From Sphingobacteriales bacterium (GTDB lineage: Bacteria; Bacteroidota; Bacteroidia; Chitinophagales; JADJOU01): DNA of 64,000 nucleotides. The stretch lies in NCBI GenBank assembly GCA_021297855.1, contig JAJTHM010000063.1, positions 203-64,202 on the forward strand, read 5' to 3'. Both the position numbers and the translations under genes were made by a program. Positions 43,644-52,978 of this stretch are shown here, in pieces (the stretch's first letter is position 1; every line of letters starts with the position of its first letter). The notes beneath the pieces are model-generated. The model was not told the DNA's origin. It saw only the letters and a program-made list of their open reading frames with translations, and ran no database searches.

Positions 43644-46199
43644 ATGGAAGCGAGTTTTAGTGATAAGGTTAAGGAAATTTTACGTTTCAGTAGAGATGAG
43701 GCAATTAGGTTGAATCATGATTGTATAGGAGCAGAGCATATTATACTAAGTCTCATTCGTGAGAAGGAAGATTTTGTTTGTCAATCCTTAATCAATTTGA
43801 ATGTTGATCTTATTGCATTCAAAAAGCAGCTCGAAAAAGCGGTTTCCCAAAATACTGGTTCTATCTTAAATAAGAATAGCGATATTCCGCTTACCAAGCA
43901 AACAAACAATATTCTTAAAGTAGCCATTTTAGAAGCCAAGAAGTATAAAAGTCCTATAATTCAAACGGAACATGTTATGTTGGCAATACTTCGATCGAAA
44001 GATAATATAGTCAGTCAGGTATTTCGCGATTATGATATCGATGATAAAGTTTTCAGAGACCACTTTGAAACTACTTTGAACTTTGCCCCTAAAGCTATGT
44101 ATGAAAACGATGATGAGGATAGTTTTGAAGATAATTTAAATCCTAAGAAAGTCACTAGTCCTAGATCTCGGTCGAATTCCAAATCCAAAACGCCTGTTTT
44201 GGATAGTTTTTCTAGAGATGTAACCAAGCTGGCAGAAGACAATACTTTAGATCCGATAGTCGGAAGAGATGAGGAAATAGAGCGAGTATCTCAAATTTTA
44301 AGTCGGAGAAAAAAGAATAATCCTATTCTCATCGGTGAACCAGGAGTCGGTAAGACGGCCATCGTGGAAGGTTTGGCCCTGCGCATTGTGCAAAGGAAAG
44401 TTTCCCGCATCTTATTTGATAAGAGAGTGGTCATGTTGGATATGGCTGCCATTGTAGCTGGAACTAAATATCGCGGTCAGTTCGAAGAAAGGATAAAAGC
44501 TATCATGTCGGAGCTGGAGAAAAATAAGGATGTCATTTTATTTATTGATGAACTTCATACCATCGTCGGAGCTGGAGGGTCTTCGGGCTCATTGGATGCA
44601 TCAAATCTTTTTAAACCAGCCTTAGCACGCGGAGAATTGCAAGTGATTGGCGCATCTACACTAGATGAATATAGACAATATATTGAAAAGGATGGAGCCT
44701 TAGCCAGAAGATTTCAAAAGGTACAAATTGACCCACCTTCTGTAGAAGAAACAATCGTAATTATAAAAAATTTAAAGTCAAAATACGAAGACTATCACAA
44801 TGTATTATATGATGACAAAGCAATAGAAGCAGCTGTCAAAATGAGTCAGCGTTATATAACAGATAGATTTCTTCCCGATAAGGCGATTGATGTAATCGAT
44901 GAAGTAGGCGCTAGAGTGCATATTAAGAACATAAAAGTTCCAGAGGAAATAGTTAGTTTTGAAGAACGCTTAGAGGACTGCAAGTTGAAGAAAGAAGCAG
45001 CAATAAAGGTTCAGGATTTTCAAAAAGCGGCCGAATATAGAGATCAGGAAAATGAACTTAAAGCGGAGTATGAAAATCTTAAATTGAAATGGGAAAATGA
45101 TGTCAAGGGCTCTAAGTATCCTATCACAGAAGATCATATTGCCGAAGTTATAGCTATGATGACCGGGATACCAGTGGCAAAAGTTGCTTTTGATGAATCC
45201 TCCAAACTTAAAAATATGAAGGCTGAACTTAAAAAATCAGTCATCGGTCAAGATACAGCTATAGAGAAAATTACTAAAGCTATTCAGCGCAATAGAATTG
45301 GACTCAAAAATCCCAATAAGCCAATAGGAATCTTTGTCTTCTTGGGTCCCACAGGAGTAGGCAAAACAGAGCTTGCAAAAACGATAGCTAAAATTCTTTT
45401 TGAGTCAGAGGAATCCTTAATTAGGATCGACATGAGTGAATATATGGAAAAATTTACCTTATCTAGATTGGTTGGAGCTCCTCCAGGCTATGTAGGATAT
45501 GAAGAGGGCGGTCAATTGACAGAAAAAGTTCGACGAAAGCCATACGCAGTTATACTGTTTGATGAGATAGAAAAAGCTCACCCAGATATTTTTAATTTAT
45601 TATTACAAGTATTTGACGATGGACAGTTGACAGATGGCTTGGGCAGAAAAGTGGACTTTAAAAACACCTTGATTATTATGACATCGAATGCAGGTGTGCG
45701 CGATTTGAAAGACTTTGGTCAGGGAGTAGGTTTTGCAACCCAAACTAAACAAGATAATAAAGATGAATATGTCAAAACCGTTTTAGATAAGGCTTTGAAA
45801 AAGACTTTTGCGCCTGAATTTCTCAATAGATTAGACGATGTCATTTTATTCAATTCATTAGAACCTCAGCATATCCTTCAAATTGTAGATATTTTGCTTT
45901 CAAGTTTGAAAAAGCGTATGCTTGAACTTGGTTATCCATTTGAAGTTACAGATAGAGCTATAGAATATATCTGTGAAAAAGGTTATGACGTGCAATTTGG
46001 TGCTAGACCTCTACAAAGATCGATACAAAAGCATATAGAAGATATGCTTGCAGAGGAGATTTTAAATAGTGAATTGCTAGAAGGAGAAAGCTTAGTAGTG
46101 GACTATGATGAAGAAAACAAGAAAACTTTTGCCACACGTTTAGTTGATTTTTCTGAAAAGCTAAATTCACCAATAGATGAAGTAACAATTACTAATTAA
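43644..46199 (+). CDS. clpC: ATP-dependent Clp protease ATP-binding subunit ClpC
   Basis: Double Clp_N repeat, two AAA+ modules (GEPGVGKT, GPTGVGKT), UVR-like linker FQKAAEYRDQE, and sensor motifs. Confidence 0.9.
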   Translation: MEASFSDKVKEILRFSRDEAIRLNHDCIGAEHIILSLIREKEDFVCQSLINLNVDLIAFKKQLEKAVSQNTGSILNKNSDIPLTKQTNNILKVAILEAKKYKSPIIQTEHVMLAILRSKDNIVSQVFRDYDIDDKVFRDHFETTLNFAPKAMYENDDEDSFEDNLNPKKVTSPRSRSNSKSKTPVLDSFSRDVTKLAEDNTLDPIVGRDEEIERVSQILSRRKKNNPILIGEPGVGKTAIVEGLALRIVQRKVSRILFDKRVVMLDMAAIVAGTKYRGQFEERIKAIMSELEKNKDVILFIDELHTIVGAGGSSGSLDASNLFKPALARGELQVIGASTLDEYRQYIEKDGALARRFQKVQIDPPSVEETIVIIKNLKSKYEDYHNVLYDDKAIEAAVKMSQRYITDRFLPDKAIDVIDEVGARVHIKNIKVPEEIVSFEERLEDCKLKKEAAIKVQDFQKAAEYRDQENELKAEYENLKLKWENDVKGSKYPITEDHIAEVIAMMTGIPVAKVAFDESSKLKNMKAELKKSVIGQDTAIEKITKAIQRNRIGLKNPNKPIGIFVFLGPTGVGKTELAKTIAKILFESEESLIRIDMSEYMEKFTLSRLVGAPPGYVGYEEGGQLTEKVRRKPYAVILFDEIEKAHPDIFNLLLQVFDDGQLTDGLGRKVDFKNTLIIMTSNAGVRDLKDFGQGVGFATQTKQDNKDEYVKTVLDKALKKTFAPEFLNRLDDVILFNSLEPQHILQIVDILLSSLKKRMLELGYPFEVTDRAIEYICEKGYDVQFGARPLQRSIQKHIEDMLAEEILNSELLEGESLVVDYDEENKKTFATRLVDFSEKLNSPIDEVTITN

Positions 46200-46226
46200 T
46201 TATTAACCAAATAAAATCAAAAAAAA

Positions 46227-46526
46227 ATGGGACTATTAGATTCGATCAAAGGCCTTTTTACTTCGGCGACAAACAAAATTGAAGAAACAGCAGAAATAGC
46301 AAAAAATGTAGTAGAGAATTCTGCTGAATCCATTGATGAGATTAAAAATGCTGTAAGTAATGCAGCGAATGAAATCGCAGAAAGTGGTAAGGAGTTTATT
46401 GATAAGTCCACAGAATCCTTATCTCATGCAAAAGATGTAGTTGTGGAGAAGGGAAATGAAATTATTGAAACAGCGAAAGAAACTCTAAAAAAAGAGGATA
46501 CAACCGATAATACCGAAAGTAAATAA
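46227..46526 (+). CDS. hypothetical acidic helical protein
   Basis: 99 aa, low-complexity E/K/A-rich sequence. Bounded downstream by a strong hairpin. Confidence 0.45.
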   Translation: MGLLDSIKGLFTSATNKIEETAEIAKNVVENSAESIDEIKNAVSNAANEIAESGKEFIDKSTESLSHAKDVVVEKGNEIIETAKETLKKEDTTDNTESK

Positions 46527-46547
46527 ACACCATAATCTCTTATATAT

Positions 46548-46583
46548 AATTAATAGTTACCTATTTTTAGGTAGCTATTAATT
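46548..46583. terminator. bidirectional hairpin terminator between convergent genes
   Basis: AATTAATAGTTACCT (46548-46562) pairs with AGGTAGCTATTAATT (46569-46583): 15 bp with one G-U pair and loop ATTTTT. Confidence 0.6.
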
Positions 46584-47310
46584 ATAAACTTACTACTTTC
46601 CATCTCAATACTAATAGGGAGAGGAGAACATAAGTTAGAATGGCGAGAGATATACCTAAATACTTTAAAGTAAGTAATCCAGCTAATCCAATTAATCCAA
46701 CAAGGATAAATGGCAGATTTCCTTTAAATTGTTTCTTAATTGATTTATTGGAAAACATAGGTGTGTTGCTTATAAGCAAATAGTTGATTAACACTACCAT
46801 TGCTATGAGAAGCCATAAATTTTTATCCATGAAATTTATAAGATTGAAATCATTGCTCAGCCAAGATAAATAAATACCCAGAATCATTAGCGTATTGGAT
46901 GGGGTATTGAGGCCATAAAAATACTCGGAATCTCTGGTTTCAAGATTGAATTTAGCGAGGCGAAATGCGGAATAAATAGGAATAGTCAGCGGTAGAATAA
47001 ATAATAAGATTCCTTGTATATTCAATTGAAATTGCATTTCAGGATTAAACATTCTTAAAAGCATAAAACCCGGCACCAATCCAAAACTTATTACATCTGC
47101 CAATGAGTCTAACTCTTTGCCAATATTGGATTGAATATTCATTTTCCGCGCCATAAAGCCATCCAAAAAATCGCATATCAAGCAGAAAGCAATACAATAA
47201 GGCACAAAGGTATCGAGCTTAGAAATCAAACTGTAAACACAAAATGCTCCAGAGAACAAATTCAATGCTGTAAACAGATTTGGTAAGCTATGTAAATCTC
47301 TTTTGCGCAA
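46582..47310 (-). CDS. pssA: CDP-diacylglycerol--serine O-phosphatidyltransferase
   Basis: CDP-alcohol phosphatidyltransferase motif DFLDGFMARKMNIQSNIGKELDSLADVISFG; polytopic membrane protein. TTG start. Confidence 0.85.
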   Translation of the reverse strand: MRKRDLHSLPNLFTALNLFSGAFCVYSLISKLDTFVPYCIAFCLICDFLDGFMARKMNIQSNIGKELDSLADVISFGLVPGFMLLRMFNPEMQFQLNIQGILLFILPLTIPIYSAFRLAKFNLETRDSEYFYGLNTPSNTLMILGIYLSWLSNDFNLINFMDKNLWLLIAMVVLINYLLISNTPMFSNKSIKKQFKGNLPFILVGLIGLAGLLTLKYLGISLAILTYVLLSLLVLRWKVVSL

Positions 47311-47355
47311 AACTATCCTATTCTAATATCTAACTTCTAATATCTCAAATCTATT

Positions 47356-48279
47356 TTATCCCTTCTTATCCAATAAATTCATACCTTGAATCTGTTTGAG
47401 ACTCTTCTCCATACCATCTACAGAACCGTCTAAAAATATAACATTCCCTTTGCCTTGTTCGGCGAAATGCTTGATAGATTCTGTCCATATAGAGAACATA
47501 ACCAGTGAAGAATCTAGTTTAGCCTCTTCCATTTCCTTAGCTGCTATAGCCATACCCTTAGCTACTTCTTCTCTGAATAGTGCAACACCTTGACCTCTCA
47601 ATTGTGCCGCTTCTTTTTCAGCCTGCGCTTGTATTTTGATAGCATTTCCCTCTGCTTCGGCCGCTTTCGTTTTCGTGATTAGAAGTGCTTGACCTTCATT
47701 TTCTGCAGCCGCTTTGAGATTGCTAGAAGCTACTACCTGCGCCATGGAACGCATGATGGCCTCATCAAAAGCGATATCATTTAGTTGTAAATCCAATAAA
47801 TGAAAACCCCATTCTGCCAAAGTACCATCTAGATGATCTTTAACTTCATCCACAATTTCTTTTCTAAGCAATAAAATTTCACTTTGTTTTTTAGTAGCTA
47901 CAAATGCTCTTATAGAACCTTCAATACTTCTGACGAGAGTCTGCATAAAGTTTCTATCATCAATAAATTTAAAAGCAACCTTTTTAATTGTTTCCTCTGT
48001 ACCGTCTATTACGGAATATAGGAGCATAGCCTTGAAATTGACATTCGCTTGATCTATCGTTATTGCCATAAATTCTAGCTCTGCTGAACGGTTTTGAATA
48101 GATACTCGTTTGAAAATTTGTTCTAAAATAGGGATTTTAAAACTCAAACCTGGTTGGAGTACTCGACGATATTTACCAAACATGGTGATGACTGCTACCG
48201 TGCCTTGCTGCACAGTGACAAGTCCGCTAAATAGAATAATAAGTCCTAAGAGCAATAATGGAATCCAAGTGAATAACAT
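47356..48279 (-). CDS. SPFH / band-7 domain protein
   Basis: N-terminal TM helix, SPFH core (VQQGTVAVITMFGKYRRVLQPGLSFKIP...), and an Ala/Glu-rich coiled-coil tail. Confidence 0.85.
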   Translation of the reverse strand: MLFTWIPLLLLGLIILFSGLVTVQQGTVAVITMFGKYRRVLQPGLSFKIPILEQIFKRVSIQNRSAELEFMAITIDQANVNFKAMLLYSVIDGTEETIKKVAFKFIDDRNFMQTLVRSIEGSIRAFVATKKQSEILLLRKEIVDEVKDHLDGTLAEWGFHLLDLQLNDIAFDEAIMRSMAQVVASSNLKAAAENEGQALLITKTKAAEAEGNAIKIQAQAEKEAAQLRGQGVALFREEVAKGMAIAAKEMEEAKLDSSLVMFSIWTESIKHFAEQGKGNVIFLDGSVDGMEKSLKQIQGMNLLDKKG

Positions 48280-48353
48280 AGTTTATTTTGATTTTAAGGG
48301 TTAAATTTTTAATTTGAAGCCAAGATAAGCCAATTTAAATAGGATGAATTGAA

Positions 48354-49241
48354 TTAATTAAACATTTTACTCACAATAAGTTCCTTTTTTTCTTTATCTG
48401 TATAGTCATAAAATCCCTCACCTGACTTTTTACCAAGGTAACCCGCAGTAACCATATTGACGAGAAGTGGACATGGTGAGTATTTTGGATTTCCAAAACC
48501 ATCATGCATCACTCTAAGTATAGCCAGACAAACATCCAATCCTATAAAATCAGCCAATTGCAAAGGTCCCATTGGATGTGCCATGCCTAGTTTCATCACC
48601 GTATCAATTTCTCTTACCCCAGCAACACCTTCAAACAAAGTAGAAATGGATTCGTTGATCATAGGCATTAGAATTCTATTCGCTACAAAACCTGGATAAT
48701 CATTTACCTCCACAGGTATTTTCCCTAATTGAATAGATAAATCCATTATCAACTTTGTTACTTCCTTATCGGTAGCATACCCGTTTATTATTTCAACTAG
48801 CTTCATAATTGGAACTGGGTTCATAAAATGCATGCCAATTACTTTTTGTGGCCTTTTTGTAGCCGCGGCTATTTTTGTAATGGAAATAGACGAGGTATTG
48901 CTGGCTAATATGGCATCGATAGGAGCGTGGTCATCAATCTGAGAAAATATTTTGAGTTTTAAATCTTGATTTTCGGTTGCCGCTTCTACGACGACATCTG
49001 CAGATTTTACTCCATTTGGAATATCTGTAAAGGTAGAAATATTTCTTAAGGTAGCCGTTTTAATCGCCTCATCCAAAATACCTTTAGCTATCTGCCTATC
49101 TAGGTTACTACTGATAACAGTTATAGCCTTATCCAATGCAGATTGTGATACATCAATTAGACTCACTATATGTCCCGACTGAGCAAATACGTGCGCTATT
49201 CCATTACCCATTGTCCCTGCACCTATTACTGAAATATTCAT
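48354..49241 (-). CDS. hbd: 3-hydroxybutyryl-CoA / 3-hydroxyacyl-CoA dehydrogenase
   Basis: Rossmann motif VIGAGTMGNGIA, NTSSISIT, HFMNPVP, GFVANR. Confidence 0.85.
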   Translation of the reverse strand: MNISVIGAGTMGNGIAHVFAQSGHIVSLIDVSQSALDKAITVISSNLDRQIAKGILDEAIKTATLRNISTFTDIPNGVKSADVVVEAATENQDLKLKIFSQIDDHAPIDAILASNTSSISITKIAAATKRPQKVIGMHFMNPVPIMKLVEIINGYATDKEVTKLIMDLSIQLGKIPVEVNDYPGFVANRILMPMINESISTLFEGVAGVREIDTVMKLGMAHPMGPLQLADFIGLDVCLAILRVMHDGFGNPKYSPCPLLVNMVTAGYLGKKSGEGFYDYTDKEKKELIVSKMFN

Positions 49242-49474
49242 TTATATATATTTTAAAGTGCAAAATTAGATGACAATATCAATTGACAATAATTTTTTTA
49301 GAATACTCATTAGTATATTTTGTAAAGTTTACAGTTTTACAATTTATCAACCATGAAAGTAAAATCTAATTAATTATTCATTAAAATTCAACTTTATAAG
49401 AGATTGATTTTCTAAATTATATAATTTTAAATCTAAAATAGAGTACAAATGAAGCAATTATTGTATTTATTTAC

Positions 49475-49482
49475 TACATTTG
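49475..49482 (+). promoter_or_regulatory. -7 promoter box TAcaTTTG upstream of the twin 110-aa genes
   Basis: Exact TAnnTTTG match 55 nt upstream of ATG 49537. Confidence 0.3.
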
Positions 49483-49536
49483 CGCCGCAATTTTAAATTC
49501 TTAAAAAAGCATTTATTTTAAATTATAGTAAATAAA

Positions 49537-49869
49537 ATGATTATGTCCAAGGCACTTATATACGCAATCATTGTGTCAGTCGTTACAGTAACAGCTTGCG
49601 TTACATATTTTTTCCCAACCATTAGTGATATACACTCGTATTTAACTAGTGAAGGAAGAGTGAAAAACAAAGAATATAACTCAATAGATACAATTTCTTT
49701 CGAGCCTCAAAGAGATGATACTGAGAAAACTACAGCATCCTTTGTGGAGAACCCAAGAGTTAATATAGAAAAAAATAGTATAGACGCGAATGCTAATGCT
49801 AATTTTGAAGGCAATCCATTGAAAACTGAAATTATTCAAGATGAAATACCCGTTAATAAAAGTTTCTAA
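49537..49869 (+). CDS. hypothetical membrane-anchored protein (twin 1)
   Basis: 110 aa: an N-terminal TM helix, then a polar low-complexity tail. Same length and layout as the next ORF. Confidence 0.5.
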   Translation: MIMSKALIYAIIVSVVTVTACVTYFFPTISDIHSYLTSEGRVKNKEYNSIDTISFEPQRDDTEKTTASFVENPRVNIEKNSIDANANANFEGNPLKTEIIQDEIPVNKSF

Positions 49870-49880
49870 ATAGAAAGCTT

Positions 49881-50213
49881 ATGAAAGTGAGTAATACTTT
49901 TAAAATAGCTCTGGCCTCTGCGGCAGGTGCTATTGTAGTCTCGTCAACTGTTTTATTTCCATTCATAAAGGACTTGAATAAAACTATTACAGAGGAAAAA
50001 GTCGTTCATACGATTGCTGATAAGGAATCTAACAAATCGGTTCAGGTTATTTCTAAGATTCAAAACAATACTTCAGTCGCTCAGAGCCCAATCGGAAGTA
50101 GAAAGGAAAATCCATCCATCAATTCCTCTACAATTCGCTCAACAAATGATCCGAATTTACACAGCTCAGATACCGTAAAAAGCAATTTGCTTTTAGAGGA
50201 TATTCCTCATTAA
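49881..50213 (+). CDS. hypothetical membrane-anchored protein (twin 2)
   Basis: 110 aa: an N-terminal TM helix, then a polar tail ending LLLEDIPH (compare IIQDEIPVNKSF in twin 1). Confidence 0.5.
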   Translation: MKVSNTFKIALASAAGAIVVSSTVLFPFIKDLNKTITEEKVVHTIADKESNKSVQVISKIQNNTSVAQSPIGSRKENPSINSSTIRSTNDPNLHSSDTVKSNLLLEDIPH

Positions 50214-50306
50214 AAGTGAAACTAAGCCACATATTTCCCAATTCTTTATTAAATTTGTCTCTATGTGAATAAATTATCCACATACTAAAAATTTAAGTAT
50301 CCAACA

Positions 50307-51311
50307 ATGAAGATTCTAAAGTTTATAACTATCTTTTGTAGTTTTCTTTACTCTTGTCAGTTTTTTGAGAAGAAGGAAAATACAAATGAAAACACAACCA
50401 ATGCATCTCCCGTAAACAATGAAATAGCAAGACTTTCAGAGCGATTAATTGACTCTCCTAAAAATGCTTATATTTATTTTCAGCGAGGAAAGCTTTATTG
50501 GCAAAATTATGAAAATGAAAGGGCATTGAATGACTTCTATAAAATGGTTTCATTTGATTCAACTAAACCTATCTATTATGAAACATTAGCAGAATTTTTT
50601 GTACAAAATGCGAATGTGGAAAGAGGTATTGATGCCTTGGATTATGCCATAAAACTCGATCCTGAAAACGCTCGATATCATGTCATGCAGGGTAAATATA
50701 GTTTAATTCTTAAGCGTTATCAAGATGCTATAAATCATTTAAATAATGGACTAAAAAGAGATGTGTTTTATCCAGAGGCCTACTTTTATAAAGGCTTGGT
50801 ATATAAAGAATCAAATCAAATGGATAAAGCCATTTCTAATTTGACCACTGCTACAGAGCAAGACCCTACATGGGATGCCCCTTTTGAAATTTTAGGGGAT
50901 ATCTATGCAGACAAAAAGGATAATCTTTGCCTTAAGTATTATGATAATGCAGTCAAAGCAAATTCAAAAAATACCTCGGCGGTCCTTCAAAAGGCTTATT
51001 TTCTGCGTTCGATTGGGAAGTTAAAAGAGGCAGAGACTATCTACGAAAATTTAGTATTGCAATCTCCACAGAATGCAGATGCTATCTACAATTTAGGAGT
51101 CATAGCCTACGATCAAAAACAATATGATAAGGCATTGAAGAAGCTTAAAATCTGCATTCAAGTGGATCCCAAGCATGCCCTTGCATATTATATGATTGGC
51201 AAAACTCAATTGGCCTTAGGTAATAAACCGTTCGCGAAAAATGCTTTTGAAAATGCGCGAAACTTTGATACTACTATGATAGAAGCAACTAAAGAATTGG
51301 AAAAATTTTAG
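50307..51311 (+). CDS. tetratricopeptide repeat lipoprotein
   Basis: Signal plus lipobox MKILKFITIFCSFLYSC. Multiple TPR units (AYIYFQRGKLYW, AYFYKGLVYK, AIYNLGVIAY, AYYMIGKTQL). Confidence 0.8.
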   Translation: MKILKFITIFCSFLYSCQFFEKKENTNENTTNASPVNNEIARLSERLIDSPKNAYIYFQRGKLYWQNYENERALNDFYKMVSFDSTKPIYYETLAEFFVQNANVERGIDALDYAIKLDPENARYHVMQGKYSLILKRYQDAINHLNNGLKRDVFYPEAYFYKGLVYKESNQMDKAISNLTTATEQDPTWDAPFEILGDIYADKKDNLCLKYYDNAVKANSKNTSAVLQKAYFLRSIGKLKEAETIYENLVLQSPQNADAIYNLGVIAYDQKQYDKALKKLKICIQVDPKHALAYYMIGKTQLALGNKPFAKNAFENARNFDTTMIEATKELEKF

Positions 51312-51317
51312 TTAGTA

Positions 51318-51977
51318 ATGGGGGAAATTGAATTGAACAAAGAAGAACAAGTAGTCACCATTTATTCAGATTTTTTCCTTTATGGAGATTTAGCTACGGA
51401 TATTTTAGCAAAAGAATTCACCCAAGAAATCGAAACACTATGGAATGAACCAGAAGGGATCATTGAACTGGACGAAACTAAATATGTAGTCCAATTCAAA
51501 ATGAAGGGTCTTTACTCACCGAAATTAAGCGTTGAAGATGTTTTGTCCAATACCAATCCAAAAAATAATTATTATCGAGTAGAAGATTATTCGCCTTTAA
51601 ATATATCATGGGTAGATGGTATAGGATCTAATACGGGATATATGTTTATCGAAAATCTATACAGCGGCTCTACAACAGGTGCGCATGAGTACGGACATAG
51701 TCTAGGGTTAGAGCATCCAGAAAACTTAGTGATCATAGGCCAGGGGAGACCTGGTATAATGTATCCGAGAGGTACCTTAGTGGATGCAGAATATCAATAT
51801 GATCCTCATATAAAACCAGGAGAAAAAGGAGGCACCATACATCCAATGTATCGCAGAGTCTTACAACAAGATATAGACAATTTAAACTTACCTAAACTAA
51901 TCAAGAAAAACCAAAATTATATAGGTCAGTTTACATCACAGTTTCACCCGAAGCATCGAAAACCAGAGCATGTTTAA
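51318..51977 (+). CDS. metzincin-type zinc metalloprotease (matrixin-like), no signal peptide
   Basis: HEYGHSLGLEH (HExxHxxGxxH) plus the Met-turn GIMYP downstream. 219 aa. Starts 7 nt after the TPR gene. Confidence 0.7.
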   Translation: MGEIELNKEEQVVTIYSDFFLYGDLATDILAKEFTQEIETLWNEPEGIIELDETKYVVQFKMKGLYSPKLSVEDVLSNTNPKNNYYRVEDYSPLNISWVDGIGSNTGYMFIENLYSGSTTGAHEYGHSLGLEHPENLVIIGQGRPGIMYPRGTLVDAEYQYDPHIKPGEKGGTIHPMYRRVLQQDIDNLNLPKLIKKNQNYIGQFTSQFHPKHRKPEHV

Positions 51978-52006
51978 GTTAACTTAACATCATAAATTTA
52001 ATTATT

Positions 52007-52843
52007 TCATTGCTGAATAATGGAATCTAACTCGGAAACCTTCTTTTCTAATTCTATAATCCGCTCTTTATCACTTTTGAATTTCACTTTCTGAGATTCG
52101 TCGTACCATTTTTTATAGCCGAGGTAAACTCCAGGAATAGTCATCATTATTATCAGCCCTAGCCAAAGCCAGTTTTGACTTTTATTGAGATCAGCAGTTG
52201 ACCGATTCATTCTCAAATGTAATCTTGTAAATCGCGCTAACAAAAAAGTGGCCCAGCCAATAAATAGACAATTTATCAAATAGAAATAAAGACCTCCTAA
52301 AAACCATGTCCAATCTAAATGAGCTATGCCATAACCAGCTGTGCATAATGGAGGCATACACGCCGTAGCCACAGCGACACCTGAAATAACCTTGGTTCCA
52401 TCGTGCTTGACTATACCTATAAATCCCGCTAACCCTCCAAATAAAGCCAATAATATATCAAATATAGTAGCATTTTTAAAAGCGCTTAACTGCAATGTAT
52501 TGAAATCAAAAGGTGTCAATATGAAAAATAGACTACTCGCTGTCAAACAAATCACTGTCATATAAAGCCAATTTATAATGGCAATTCGTTTTATTCTATT
52601 GTCTTGAATCGCTAATCCAAATGCAAAACCTAAGATAGGACCCATCAAAGGAGATATGAGCATAGCGCCAATAACCGCACTAACGCTATCTGTATTGAGG
52701 CCAATACAAGCGATGATCATGGCAAAACCCAATAACCAAAAGTTGTATCCTTTGAGTCGGACACCTTCTATGATCTCTTCGTAGGTCTCTTGTTCAGATT
52801 CTTCTGGATAAAGGTCTAGAAAGGATTTTATGACTTTTTTCAT
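52007..52843 (-). CDS. DUF389 domain membrane protein
   Basis: Polytopic membrane protein with ISPLMGPILGFAFG and a C-terminal coiled coil, typical of DUF389/TIGR00341-like proteins. Confidence 0.7.
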   Translation of the reverse strand: MKKVIKSFLDLYPEESEQETYEEIIEGVRLKGYNFWLLGFAMIIACIGLNTDSVSAVIGAMLISPLMGPILGFAFGLAIQDNRIKRIAIINWLYMTVICLTASSLFFILTPFDFNTLQLSAFKNATIFDILLALFGGLAGFIGIVKHDGTKVISGVAVATACMPPLCTAGYGIAHLDWTWFLGGLYFYLINCLFIGWATFLLARFTRLHLRMNRSTADLNKSQNWLWLGLIIMMTIPGVYLGYKKWYDESQKVKFKSDKERIIELEKKVSELDSIIQQ

Positions 52844-52939
52844 TATATTTCAGAATTTATCTCTCTTCAAATTTAGGACAATTTCCCTATAAAAAAGGTG
52901 AAAATTGAATAGATAAATGATGAAATTGTAAAGTTTTCT

Positions 52940-52947
52940 TATATTTG
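52940..52947 (+). promoter_or_regulatory. -7 promoter box TAtaTTTG for valS
   Basis: Exact TAnnTTTG match 32 nt upstream of ATG 52979. Confidence 0.35.
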
Positions 52948-52978
52948 TCTTATCTGAAGATGTGATAAGATTAAAGAA

